The position numbers were made by a program, and so were the translations under genes. A stretch of DNA of 52,541 nt from Candidatus Blautia pullistercoris (GTDB taxonomy: Bacteria; Bacillota; Clostridia; Lachnospirales; Lachnospiraceae), in NCBI GenBank assembly GCA_019114545.1, contig DXFG01000023.1, positions 1 through 52,541 of the forward strand. Reading direction: 5' to 3'. This document shows, piece by piece, positions 1 to 9,341 of the stretch; the first letter of the stretch is position 1; each line of letters begins with the position of its first letter. The notes under the pieces were generated by a model. That model did not search any database and was not told where the DNA came from. It saw only the letters and a list, made by a program, of their open reading frames with translations.

Positions 1-385
1 AGGTCAGGGTTCCGTCCGGAGAATGGATATTTCTGCGGCCAAGGGCCCGTATCCTGGCCAGAAGCTCTTTTGGCATAAATGGTTTCGTAAGATAATCGTC
101 GGCCCCGCAGTCCAGACCTGTTACCTTGTCGTCCACATCGCTTTTTGCCGTCAGCATAAGAATCGGCGTCCGGATCCCTTGGCGCCTTGCCTCCTTTGTG
201 ATTTCAAATCCATTTTTCCCGGGCAGCATCACATCCAGAATTGCCACGTCATAGACATCCGTTTCTATGGCATATAGTCCCTGGATCCCATCCCCCCAGT
301 GATCCACCTCATAGTTTTCCTGACGCAGTATTTCGCACAAAGCCTGGGCCATTCTCTCTTCATCTTCTACAAGTAATATTCTCAT
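1..385 (-). CDS. OmpR/PhoB-family response regulator (runs off the left edge of the window)
   Basis: Not in the ORF track. Manual translation from ATG 385 (SD GAGGTG): MRILLVEDEERMAQALCEILRQENYEVD...ILDVMLPGKNGF...PILMLTAKSDVDDKVTGLDCGADDYLTKPF, a classic receiver domain. Confidence 0.93.
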   Translation of the reverse strand, partial: MRILLVEDEERMAQALCEILRQENYEVDHWGDGIQGLYAIETDVYDVAILDVMLPGKNGFEITKEARRQGIRTPILMLTAKSDVDDKVTGLDCGADDYLTKPFMPKELLARIRALGRRNIHSPDGTLT

Positions 386-498
386 CTTCCACCTCTCTCA
401 TCTGCAATCTTCCCTGCTGTATAGTTTTCAGCGCCGCTTCGGTTCTGCTATTATTCTATATAGTATACAAAAAAGATTGAAGCAATATTGAATTTTAT

Positions 499-540
499 AA
501 AAAAACAGCGGCAAAACAGATTCTAATCTGATGCCGCTGT
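499..540 (-). terminator. Rho-independent terminator of the fru operon
   Basis: Stem ACAGCGGCA...TGCCGCTGT with inner CAGATT/AATCTG pairing, followed by a T7 run on the minus strand. Confidence 0.8.
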
Positions 541-552
541 CGGTAAATGCCT

Positions 553-1299
553 TTATGGAACTACCACGATATTTTCATATTTCTGAAAGCTTTCATCTGG
601 AAGCCTGTCTGTAAGAATAAGCCCTTCTTCAAACCCTCCGAAAGTTACCGGACTCGTATGGTAGAACTTGCTGCTGTCACAGAGGATATACGCCTGTTGA
701 GTGTGTGCCAGAGCGCATTTCTTTATCATAGCCTCATTGATATCCGGAGTGGAAAATCCTGAAGAAGGACTGGCTCCGTTGGCTCCCCAGAAGCCTTTGG
801 TAAAGTTAAATTTTTTTAGATTTACATAAGCCTCGTTCCCCACAATAGCCTCTGTAGCTGCCTTCACCTCTCCGCCAATCAATATCACCCGGAATCCATT
901 CTCCGCCAGACGAAGGGCATGGGAAACGGCATTGGTAACAAAAGCCGCAGAACGTTCTGTAAGATAAGGGATCATGGCTCCTGTAGTAGTGCCTGCATCC
1001 AGGTAAACAAAGTCCTCCGGCTCCACAAGAGAAGCCGCATATCTTCCGATCCGGTTTTTCTCCTCACGATAGAGTTCCCGCCTTTGAGATACCTGCTCTT
1101 CTCTAAGCATGACCCGTCCTTCAGGCCTCACCGCCCCTCCGAAGACTTTGGTAAGCACTCCTTTTTTATCCAGTGCATTCAGGTCCCGGCGTATGGTGGA
1201 CTCTGATGTGTGAAAATACTCTTTCAGCTCCTGAAGAGTGACACTTCCTTTCTGATTCAGAAGCCGAAGGATTTCTTCCTGTCGCTGTTCCGTCAGCAT
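553..1299 (-). CDS. fruR: DeoR/GlpR-family regulator (FruR-like)
   Basis: HTH motif SESTIRRDL, LDAGTTT sensor motif, adjacent to fruK-fruA. Confidence 0.9.
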   Translation of the reverse strand: MLTEQRQEEILRLLNQKGSVTLQELKEYFHTSESTIRRDLNALDKKGVLTKVFGGAVRPEGRVMLREEQVSQRRELYREEKNRIGRYAASLVEPEDFVYLDAGTTTGAMIPYLTERSAAFVTNAVSHALRLAENGFRVILIGGEVKAATEAIVGNEAYVNLKKFNFTKGFWGANGASPSSGFSTPDINEAMIKKCALAHTQQAYILCDSSKFYHTSPVTFGGFEEGLILTDRLPDESFQKYENIVVVP

Positions 1300-1414
1300 A
1301 TGCTTTCCCCCTTAGAAAATTTTGTTGTGCCTTCTGCTGCCTCTTATTCTACACAACTTTCTTTTTGAGGGCAACTGTTTTCCCTATCTTCCTCCGCTGA
1401 CAGATTCCTTTCTT

Positions 1415-3331
1415 CTATGCTTCTGCCTTCTTCTTTAGCACACCCAGAAGCAGTGCGCCGATCACAGTGCCTGCCACCAGAGATATCAGATACATCAGGG
1501 GGTTCTCCACTACCGGAAATACGAAAATACCTCCATGGGGAGCCATAAGCGTACAGCCAAAGGCCATAGACAGGGCTCCGGAGACTGCGGACCCGATCAT
1601 ACAGGAAGGCAACACATGAAGAGGATCGGAAGCAGCATAGGGAATGGCACCTTCTGTTATAAAGGCCAGCCCCATAATAAAGTTTACAGGCCCGGATTCT
1701 CTCTCCTGTTTTGTAAACTTATTTTTAAACAGCAAAGTTGCCAGGGCAATGGCACATGGAGGCACCATACCACCGATCATAACAGCTGCCATAATATCAT
1801 AATTCCCTGCAGCAATAGAAGCTGTTCCAAATACATAGGCTGCTTTATTAAAAGGTCCGCCCATATCAATGGACATCATTCCTGCCACAATAATTCCCAG
1901 AAGGATCTTGCTTCCTCCTCCCATATTTGTCAAACCTGTATTTAACGCTGTATTCAATGCACCGATGGGAGGCTCTATCACAAAGTTCATGATCAGCCCC
2001 ATAAACAGAATCCCAAAGAAAGGATATAAAAGTACCGGAGCGATTTTTTCAATAGATGCCGGCAGTCTGTCAAAAACCTTTTTCAGAAGAACAATAAGAT
2101 AACCGGCAATAAATCCTGCTGCCAGGGCGCCCAGAAATCCTGATTTCCCGTTGGCAGCAATCATTCCGCCTACAAATCCCACAGCCAGACCTGGACGGTC
2201 CCCAATACTCATGGCAATAAAGCCTGCCAGCACCGGAAGCATGAATCCAAAAGCTACATTTCCAATCTCTCGGAGCTGAGCGGCTACAGGGGTAATAGAA
2301 CCGAAGTTTGCCCTGGCTTCCTGGGAAAGAGTATTCATATCCACACTCAGACCATCAATCAGGAAGGCCAAAGCGATCAGGATGCCTCCCCCTACCACAA
2401 AAGGCAGCATATGGGAAACACCGTTCATCAGCTGGGTATATACCTTATGCCCTGCCCCTCCTGCTGAACTATTCTTTCTCTCTGTCTTCGGACTGTCTGA
2501 GTGGTAGATCGGAGCGTCCTGCCTCATGGCTCTGTCCATCAGCTGCTCCGCCTTGCTGATACCGTCAGACACCGGGCATTCGATAAGATGCTTACCGTCA
2601 AATCTCTCCATAGGCACATTGGCATCTGCAGCAACGATCACGCAGTCCGCCTCTTCGATTTCTGTTTCTGTCAATACGTTTTTAGCCCCTCCGGATCCCC
2701 TGGTCTCTACTTTAATCCGGCAATTCTTTTTCCTGGCCGCTTTTTCCAGCCCTTCTGCAGCCATATAGGTATGAGCGATTCCTGTAGGGCAGGAAGTCAC
2801 CGCAACGATCCTGCAGACTTTTCCAGATGAATCTTCCAGGGTCTGAGAAGCCAGCTGTTCATTCAGATCCGGCTTTTCTTCATCTGCCTTGTCCACGATT
2901 TTCAGGAATTCTTCTACTGTGGAAGCATTCTGAAGGTTCTGAACAAACGTTTCATCCATCAGCAGTGTAGAAAGCTTGCTCAGCACGTCCAGATGTATAT
3001 TGTCCCGGGTGTTCGGAGCAGCAATAAGAAAAATCAGATGAACCGGCTCCCCATCCAGCGCATCAAAATCCACACCATCTTTTACTACCATAGCTGCAAG
3101 GCCGGGTCGTATAACGGAATCTCCTTTTCCATGAGGGATCGCAATCCCTTCTCCTACGCCTGTGGTGCTTTCCTCCTCTCTTGCATACACCTGCTGACGG
3201 TAAGCTTCCTTGTCCCGTATTTTTCCGCTTTTTACCATCAGTTCTACCATCTGGTCAAGAGCTTCCTTTTTGGTTGCAGGAGCACCTGTCAGAGAAATAC
3301 TCCTGGGATCCAGCAATTCTGTAATTCTCAT
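1415..3331 (-). CDS. fruA: PTS fructose-specific EIIABC
   Basis: IIA GIAIPHG, IIB CPTGIAHTYMAAE, IIC MNGVSHMLPFVVGGG, DMGGPFNKAAY and ITEGAIPY. Confidence 0.96.
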   Translation of the reverse strand: MRITELLDPRSISLTGAPATKKEALDQMVELMVKSGKIRDKEAYRQQVYAREEESTTGVGEGIAIPHGKGDSVIRPGLAAMVVKDGVDFDALDGEPVHLIFLIAAPNTRDNIHLDVLSKLSTLLMDETFVQNLQNASTVEEFLKIVDKADEEKPDLNEQLASQTLEDSSGKVCRIVAVTSCPTGIAHTYMAAEGLEKAARKKNCRIKVETRGSGGAKNVLTETEIEEADCVIVAADANVPMERFDGKHLIECPVSDGISKAEQLMDRAMRQDAPIYHSDSPKTERKNSSAGGAGHKVYTQLMNGVSHMLPFVVGGGILIALAFLIDGLSVDMNTLSQEARANFGSITPVAAQLREIGNVAFGFMLPVLAGFIAMSIGDRPGLAVGFVGGMIAANGKSGFLGALAAGFIAGYLIVLLKKVFDRLPASIEKIAPVLLYPFFGILFMGLIMNFVIEPPIGALNTALNTGLTNMGGGSKILLGIIVAGMMSIDMGGPFNKAAYVFGTASIAAGNYDIMAAVMIGGMVPPCAIALATLLFKNKFTKQERESGPVNFIMGLAFITEGAIPYAASDPLHVLPSCMIGSAVSGALSMAFGCTLMAPHGGIFVFPVVENPLMYLISLVAGTVIGALLLGVLKKKAEA

Positions 3332-3346
3332 ATCTTTTTCTCCCTT

Positions 3347-4270
3347 CTATTTGTATATCACAGACTGTTTTACATGTCTGTAAACTTCTTCCACTTCTTC
3401 CTTTGTGGCCAGATTCTCCGAAAAAGCGCTGGCGCTCCCTGCAGAGACTCCCATACAGAATGCATATTCATAATCTTCCTTCGCAAGCCATCCTGCCAGA
3501 AAACCAGCCACCATAGAATCTCCTGCCCCTACAGCATTAACCAATTCTCCTTTTGGAGCAGGAAGCATGTAGACCTCCCCGGTTTCATCAAGGAGTACCG
3601 CACCCTGTCCTGCCATGGAAACCAGTACATTCCTCGCCCCTTTCTCCTGCATCTTTCTGGCATATGGGACCACATCTTCTCTGTTCTCCAACTTCACATT
3701 AAAAATTGCCCCCAATTCATGATTATTAGGTTTAATTAAAAAAGGCCTGTATTCCAAAACATTAAGTAAAAGCTCTCCGGTAGCATCTACCACTGCCAGA
3801 ATTCCTTGTCCCTCCAGTCGTCTGAGTATATCCCTGTAAATAGACTCCGACATTGTCTTTGGAATACTGCCTGCCAGTACCAGAGTGTCGCCTTCTTTCA
3901 GTTTTTCCAGCTTCTGAAGCAGCTTTTCTGTTTCTTCGGATCTGATATCCGGTCCCTGACCGTTGATCTCGGTTCCATCAAAATCCTTCATTTTGACATT
4001 GATTCTGGAATACCCACTCTCCAGATGGATAAAATCGCTGTTCAGTCCCATTTCTCCAATTCTTTTTTCGATCTCCTCTCCGGTAAATCCTGCGCAGAAT
4101 CCAAGAGCTGTATTTGGAATCCCCAGGTTTTTCAGCACTGTGGAAACATTAATGCCTTTTCCTCCCGGAAGCATCTGCTCCTTTACAGTCCGGTTAGTCT
4201 TTCCAAGCTGAAAGCCGTCCACAGAAATGATATAATCCAGAGACGGATTGAATGTAACTGTATAAACCAT
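3347..4270 (-). CDS. fruK: 1-phosphofructokinase (PfkB family)
   Basis: TVTFNPSLD, GGKGINVS, IKPNNHEL, VGAGDSMVAG; directly upstream of fruA. Confidence 0.95.
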   Translation of the reverse strand: MVYTVTFNPSLDYIISVDGFQLGKTNRTVKEQMLPGGKGINVSTVLKNLGIPNTALGFCAGFTGEEIEKRIGEMGLNSDFIHLESGYSRINVKMKDFDGTEINGQGPDIRSEETEKLLQKLEKLKEGDTLVLAGSIPKTMSESIYRDILRRLEGQGILAVVDATGELLLNVLEYRPFLIKPNNHELGAIFNVKLENREDVVPYARKMQEKGARNVLVSMAGQGAVLLDETGEVYMLPAPKGELVNAVGAGDSMVAGFLAGWLAKEDYEYAFCMGVSAGSASAFSENLATKEEVEEVYRHVKQSVIYK

Positions 4271-4293
4271 TTCTTTTCCTCCTTTATGCTTTT

Positions 4294-4400
4294 ATTATAC
4301 ATCAAACTCATTCATTTTCAATCATATTAATTCACAATATTTCCCTTTTATTTTTAGTAACCTTTCACAATCATTCATTATTTCATTCACATTCGTTCAT
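4294..4400 (-). promoter_or_regulatory. sigmaA promoter of fruKA with a putative FruR operator array
   Basis: TTGAAA (4321-4316), 16 bp, TATAAT (4299-4294). WTCA motifs at an exact 10-bp period (4301, 4311, 4321, 4331), plus a second cluster at 4364-4399. Confidence 0.65.
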
Positions 4401-4468
4401 TTTGTTTTAAAATCAATTTTCACCCCCTGATTTGCAAAGCCAAACAGCAAAAACTGTCCATTTCAATT

Positions 4469-4508
4469 AAAAATGGAGCTGCAGTTTTATCTAGAAAACT
4501 CAGCTCCA
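4469..4508 (-). terminator. Terminator after the HPr gene
   Basis: TGGAGCTG-CAGTTTT...AAAACT-CAGCTCCA stem followed by a T run on the minus strand. Confidence 0.75.
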
Positions 4509-4513
4509 CACTC

Positions 4514-4810
4514 TCATAAATTTTTATTTTTTTCCATCTCTCCCAGGCCATTTTCAATAGCCTCAACAGCCGCCGCTAAAGCTTCTTTTTCTTCAGGTCC
4601 TTCGCTGGTGATCACGATTTCCTGTCCCTGGATCACTCCTGCTGCCACAATGTTCAGAATGCTCTTCAGATTAACAACTCCCTTAACGTTATTTTTTTCA
4701 TAAGCAAACTGCAGCTTGGCATCATATTTCAATACGCTGTTTGACAACACAGTAGCTGTTCGCAGATGAAGCCCTGATGGATTTATAATTTTTACTTTTT
4801 GACTGACCAT
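4514..4810 (-). CDS. HPr-family phosphocarrier protein
   Basis: His15 motif SGLHLRT and Ser46 motif NLKSIL; 98 aa. Confidence 0.9.
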   Translation of the reverse strand: MVSQKVKIINPSGLHLRTATVLSNSVLKYDAKLQFAYEKNNVKGVVNLKSILNIVAAGVIQGQEIVITSEGPEEKEALAAAVEAIENGLGEMEKNKNL

Positions 4811-4828
4811 AATGTTTTCCTCCCCGTC

Positions 4829-5422
4829 TTATATTCCCAGCGCAGCCTTGGCGAGGCGGTCAACTGCCTCGTTCAGTTCCACGCCGCTGTGACCTTTTAC
4901 TTTATGAAAAATTACTTTCACATTTTTTAAACTGTCATAAAAATTTTTGTAACGGATGGTACCCGGCTTATTTCTTTTCCATTCTCCCGTTGCCCAGGAT
5001 TCAATTCCCTGATAATCATAATACAGATGAAGGACCTTGATATTTCGCTTTTCGCAATAATCCATGGCCGCCATGGCACCTTCCAGTTCTCCTGCCACAT
5101 TTCTCATAGAAATGTCCTCGCCGCCCCGGAAGGCCTGGCTCATTTCTGTCCGCTCCCCTTGATACAGTAGGATACATCCATAGGAATAAGCCTTCTTATC
5201 CTGGTCAAAGCTGCCATCCACATAAGCTGTGCAGCATTCTTCTTCCGGAAATCCGGAAGGGGGAGCCTGATCTCCCTTTAAATAGCGCTCTGCCTCCTCC
5301 GGCGTGGAGAAGCTTTTATATTGTGCGCCGGAATATCCGTTTACACTGGCTTTGCAGGCTTCCCATGTAGTAAATATCCCTGTGGACCTGCCCTTTTTTA
5401 CTGCATAATATTTTTTTGCCAT
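4829..5422 (-). CDS. rnhA: Ribonuclease HI with N-terminal hybrid-binding domain
   Basis: KYYAVKKGRSTGIFTTW (HBD), YVDGS, NVAGEL, YDYQGI, KVKGHSG..NEAVD. Confidence 0.92.
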   Translation of the reverse strand: MAKKYYAVKKGRSTGIFTTWEACKASVNGYSGAQYKSFSTPEEAERYLKGDQAPPSGFPEEECCTAYVDGSFDQDKKAYSYGCILLYQGERTEMSQAFRGGEDISMRNVAGELEGAMAAMDYCEKRNIKVLHLYYDYQGIESWATGEWKRNKPGTIRYKNFYDSLKNVKVIFHKVKGHSGVELNEAVDRLAKAALGI

Positions 5423-5461
5423 AGTTTTCCCTTCCCCAGTGCCTCCTTACTTTCGGAACTG

Positions 5462-6277
5462 TCATTCCATACACTGGTCTGTCGGATTGATAAAGCTGTA
5501 AAAATGTATGGTCTCCATGTCATAGGGAATTCCCGCCCCATGACTTCCCATAAACATAAGTTTTCTGTGACACCCGTGGTCCGGTGCAAAGGCCAGGACA
5601 GCAGGGTGTTCCTTCCAGGATTCTTTTATCCTGTCATAAATTTTCAAAAACATCTCGATATTTTGATCAAGGGCTTCCAGCGCACGGCTGCCTTCCGGTC
5701 CAAAACGGTGCATCATATAATCATAGTTACCATTATATAGAACCATAAAGTCATATTTGTCTTTTTCTATTAGATCCAGTGCCTTTTCGTTGCATTCCTC
5801 TACGGTAGGATAAATGAAATAATCTATGTTTCTCCCCAGAAATATCCTGGAAATGCTGTCTCCCTCTGTAGAAATGACCGCAGCTTTTTTTCCTTCTTTT
5901 ACCAGATAGTCAAATACGGTGTCCACCTGAAGGACGGGTTTTCTGTATTTCATGATCCCATGTTCCTTGGGCGCAAGACCTGTATACATGGTTGCGAAAC
6001 ATACAGGCGTTACCGGGGGATAGGCCGTATGGATCTTCATACGAAGCTGTATCCGCTTTTCCAGCTCTGCAAATTTTCTCTGATATTTCCGGTAAAGCCA
6101 CATTCCGATGGCATCGGGGTTATAAAAAAACACCCTTCTGCTGCCCCTTCCTGTCAGTTCCCGATTGGCCATATCCAGCACTTTTTCATGGGGCTCCTCC
6201 ATTTTCCTGCCCGGCGTTATATCCAAAAGCTTCAGGATCGTAGCAGCTGTCTGCCCGATTCCATGCTCATGATCCAT
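5462..6277 (-). CDS. Alkaline-phosphatase-superfamily (NPP/PglZ-like) phosphoesterase
   Basis: PDAIG, PPVTPVCFATMYTG (Thr nucleophile), DYMMH, PDHG and distal HG metal ligands; no signal peptide. Confidence 0.75.
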   Translation of the reverse strand: MDHEHGIGQTAATILKLLDITPGRKMEEPHEKVLDMANRELTGRGSRRVFFYNPDAIGMWLYRKYQRKFAELEKRIQLRMKIHTAYPPVTPVCFATMYTGLAPKEHGIMKYRKPVLQVDTVFDYLVKEGKKAAVISTEGDSISRIFLGRNIDYFIYPTVEECNEKALDLIEKDKYDFMVLYNGNYDYMMHRFGPEGSRALEALDQNIEMFLKIYDRIKESWKEHPAVLAFAPDHGCHRKLMFMGSHGAGIPYDMETIHFYSFINPTDQCME

Positions 6278-6535
6278 TTGTATACTTTCCCCCTCCGCAT
6301 TACAGTATCACCGGCTTATCTAATGTCCGGTATCCGGCTCCGTTCTGAAACCCTCAAAATAAATCCGTCAAAATTTTTTCATGCAAAAATCTCCCGTAAT
6401 CCTGACAGTTTCCAGTATTGCATGTTAAAAAAAAACACATTTTCATATGTATTTTATCACATACCACTTCATTTATCATTCTTTTTTTCATAAAACTTTT
6501 GAAAGAAAAGTGCTCTTTCTTTCTGGCCAAAACAA

Positions 6536-6576
6536 AGCTGCTGTATCCGGCAAAATCTAAGCCGAATACAGCAGCT
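6536..6576 (-). terminator. Terminator after mtlA
   Basis: AGCTGCTGTAT-CCGGC...GCCG-AATACAGCAGCT stem, then TTGTTTT on the minus strand. Confidence 0.75.
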
Positions 6577-6603
6577 CTGTTATTATAAAAACAATATAAG
6601 ATT

Positions 6604-8466
6604 CTATGACAGCTGCTCCAGAACCCAGTTCACGTCATCTGTAGTTTTCAGGGTCTCCAGAAGTGCTTCATCTTCCAGCAAAGTGCAAAGTTTGCTTAAC
6701 AGATCCAGATGTTCATCGCCGATTCCTGCAATACCAAATACCAGCTGGGCTTTCTCGTCGCCGAAATCTACCCCTTCCGGGTACTGGATAAATACAATGC
6801 CGGTTTTCTTTACTGTACTCTTGGCCTGGGTAGTTCCGTGAGGAATAGCAACACCCATGCCCATATAGGTGGTCACCAGTTTTTCGCGTTCCTGCATGGC
6901 CTCCACGTAGGAATGATCCACATATCCCAATTTTTCCAGCAATTCTCCCGCAGCCTGGATTGCTTCTTCTTTGCTTACCGGTTTCTGTCCCAGTTTGATC
7001 CCCTCTGCCACAATCACCTGTTTCTTAATAGGGGTATCTGGAATAACAATATCTGTGTTTTCCCCTGCCGGTGCCGCCGGAGCGTCTCCTGTGGTAAGCT
7101 GGACATACAAAGCGTCCAGCGCCGGATCCGCCAGGAAGTTTCCAATAGTGATCAGCTGCGCATTGGGAGCCGCTTTTTTTGCCCGGGCTGCCAATGTAGT
7201 CTGGACCACGGCAATGTCACAGTCCTGTGGAATATTATCTACGGAAGTGTTGGAAACGGAAATATCCGGCCGGTCGTTTTTGATACGGTTCCGGAACTTT
7301 GTGGCCCCCATTGCAGAAGATCCCATTCCTGCATCACAGGCGAAGATGATCTTCCGGACTTCAGTAGAACGTTGGATGGTGCCAGGCACCACAGCTTCCC
7401 CTTTTGAAACACTCTTCATAGAAGCCACTTCGCTCTGAGCCTCTTCCAGACTCTTGCCCCCTGCCAGTTTTACAATAGGCGAGGCTACGGCAAAGGATAT
7501 GCCTGTGGCCAGCACTACTCCAATCAGCACTTTCACCATATCTGATCCCGGAGTCATCATCAGGTAAGCAATGATGGAACCCGGGGAAGCAGGACCTACA
7601 AGTCCGCAGTCTGTAAGACTGAACCAGAAGATTGCCGCCATATTCCCCAGAATAGGCGCAACGATCACCAGAGGATTCATTAATATGTAGGGGAAATATA
7701 TCTCATGAATACCGCCCAGCAGATGTATGATCACTGCTCCGGGTGCAGAATCTCTTGTCACTTTATCTTTGCAGAAAAACATATAGGCAAGGAGAACGCC
7801 CAGGCCAGGGCCCGGATTAGGCTCCAGCATATACATGATGGATTTTCCTGCATCTGCTGCCTGAGCGGTAGCAAGTGGTGTAAAAATCCCATGGTTGATG
7901 GCATTATTTAAGAACAGCACCTTGGCCGGTTCAATAAATACTGCTACCAAAGGAAGGAGACTGTTCTGTACCAGAAGATTAACGCCTGCAGACAAAACAG
8001 CCAGGATCGCGCTCATAATCGGTCCGATGGCTACATAGCCGATCATGGCCAGGAGCATACCGATGATACCGGCAGAGAAATTATTGATCAGCATCTCAAA
8101 GCCGGCCGGCATATGTCCTTCCATAACCTGGTCAAATTTTTTGATGCAAAAGCCTGCCAAAGGTCCCAGGATCATAGCTGCCATCAGCATTGTGATGCTG
8201 GTATTGCTCATAATCGCTCCGATTACAGCGATGGCGCCTACCACTCTTCCCCGGTCTCCGCCGATCATGCGTCCTCCGGTAGAAGCGATCAGAATAGGGA
8301 TCAGATAGGTAAGCATGGGCCTTACCAGACTGTTAAATCCTTCGTTGGGTATCCATCCACTGTCGATAAATAAGGCTGCCAGAAAGCCAAAAGCGATCAG
8401 GGCACCAATATTCGGCATAACCATTGCCGATAAAAATTTTCCGAATCGTTGAACATAATTTTTCAC
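6604..8466 (-). CDS. mtlA: PTS mannitol-family EIICBA
   Basis: MVMPNIGA, NNAINHGIF, NPGPGLG, GGIHEIYFPY (IIC); CDAGMGSSAMG (IIB); AIPHG (IIA). GTG start with GGAGG. Confidence 0.92.
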   Translation of the reverse strand: MKNYVQRFGKFLSAMVMPNIGALIAFGFLAALFIDSGWIPNEGFNSLVRPMLTYLIPILIASTGGRMIGGDRGRVVGAIAVIGAIMSNTSITMLMAAMILGPLAGFCIKKFDQVMEGHMPAGFEMLINNFSAGIIGMLLAMIGYVAIGPIMSAILAVLSAGVNLLVQNSLLPLVAVFIEPAKVLFLNNAINHGIFTPLATAQAADAGKSIMYMLEPNPGPGLGVLLAYMFFCKDKVTRDSAPGAVIIHLLGGIHEIYFPYILMNPLVIVAPILGNMAAIFWFSLTDCGLVGPASPGSIIAYLMMTPGSDMVKVLIGVVLATGISFAVASPIVKLAGGKSLEEAQSEVASMKSVSKGEAVVPGTIQRSTEVRKIIFACDAGMGSSAMGATKFRNRIKNDRPDISVSNTSVDNIPQDCDIAVVQTTLAARAKKAAPNAQLITIGNFLADPALDALYVQLTTGDAPAAPAGENTDIVIPDTPIKKQVIVAEGIKLGQKPVSKEEAIQAAGELLEKLGYVDHSYVEAMQEREKLVTTYMGMGVAIPHGTTQAKSTVKKTGIVFIQYPEGVDFGDEKAQLVFGIAGIGDEHLDLLSKLCTLLEDEALLETLKTTDDVNWVLEQLS

Positions 8467-8523
8467 AAAAACCCACCTCCATGAACTTTTCTGATCAATG
8501 GAGTTTTGGTTCAGCCTTTTTCT

Positions 8524-9285
8524 TTACAAAACCTGCACGCCGTATCTTTTACACTGGACCAGGAACTCTTTGGGAAGCTTTCCGTCAGAAACCACGATAT
8601 CAATGTCCGAAAGCTGCCCAAAGCTGAAGCTGCATTTTACCCCAACTTTTGAAGAATCCATCAGGGCGATCACCTGGTCGGCCTTGCGGATAGCCGTCTG
8701 CTTCAAAAAAGCCTCATCACTGATACCGCAGGAAAATCCCACTTCCGGATGAAAGCCGGTGACCCCCAAAAAAGCCTGGTTAAAGTTTACCCTCTCCAGT
8801 TCCCGGATCGCAGAAAATCCACACACACTCTGGCTGTAGCGGTTTAATTTCCCTCCGGGGATCATTACCGTAGGCTTAGACAGATTTGCCAGCTCTGTGG
8901 CACAGCTCAGTCCGGTTGTGTAAATCAAATAGGATATATCCGGAATCTGCCCTGCAAATATGGTGGCAGTGCTTCCTGAATCCAGAAAAAAAGTCGTGTC
9001 CGGTCTCAGCAGGGACAGGGCTTTTCGGGCAATTTCTTTCTTTTCGGAAATATTGTGGAAAGATTTCCGGTTCAGAAAACCGTCCGTTCCAATGATCACC
9101 TGTACGGATCTGGCCCCTCCGTGGACCCGCAGGATCTTTTTCTCCTGATCCAGACACTTTAAATCCGTGCGAAGGGTCATTTCCGATACATCCGGAAATT
9201 CTTCTTTAAGCTGTGCGAAGGTAACGGTTTCTTTCTCATTAATCAGCTGAACAATCGCATTTCTGCGCATTTCCATTGAATCCAT
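8524..9285 (-). CDS. DeoR/GlpR-family transcriptional regulator
   Basis: SEMTLRTDL HTH, RVHGGA, FLDSGST, DSSK. Confidence 0.92.
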   Translation of the reverse strand: MDSMEMRRNAIVQLINEKETVTFAQLKEEFPDVSEMTLRTDLKCLDQEKKILRVHGGARSVQVIIGTDGFLNRKSFHNISEKKEIARKALSLLRPDTTFFLDSGSTATIFAGQIPDISYLIYTTGLSCATELANLSKPTVMIPGGKLNRYSQSVCGFSAIRELERVNFNQAFLGVTGFHPEVGFSCGISDEAFLKQTAIRKADQVIALMDSSKVGVKCSFSFGQLSDIDIVVSDGKLPKEFLVQCKRYGVQVL

Positions 9286-9341
9286 TTTATCAGTCCTCCT
9301 GTCCGTGTCAGGATAATACGGACAGGATATCCTGACACTGA

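Noticed and set aside
23-277. 84-aa plus-strand ORF
   Set aside because: Shadow of the minus-strand response regulator at 1-385.
4301-4400. CRISPR or tandem-repeat array
   Set aside because: Repeats are 4-8 bp with a 10-bp period and no spacers or cas genes; better explained as operators. No CRISPR array was seen anywhere in the window.
5462-6277. BREX PglZ defence component
   Set aside because: Only a short stand-alone AP-fold domain; no brx/pgl genes nearby.
6280-6480. Riboswitch or leader peptides (MQYWKLSGLREIFA, MKKF) upstream of the phosphoesterase
   Set aside because: No recognisable aptamer, no attenuator terminator and only weak pairing; tiny ORFs like these are expected by chance.
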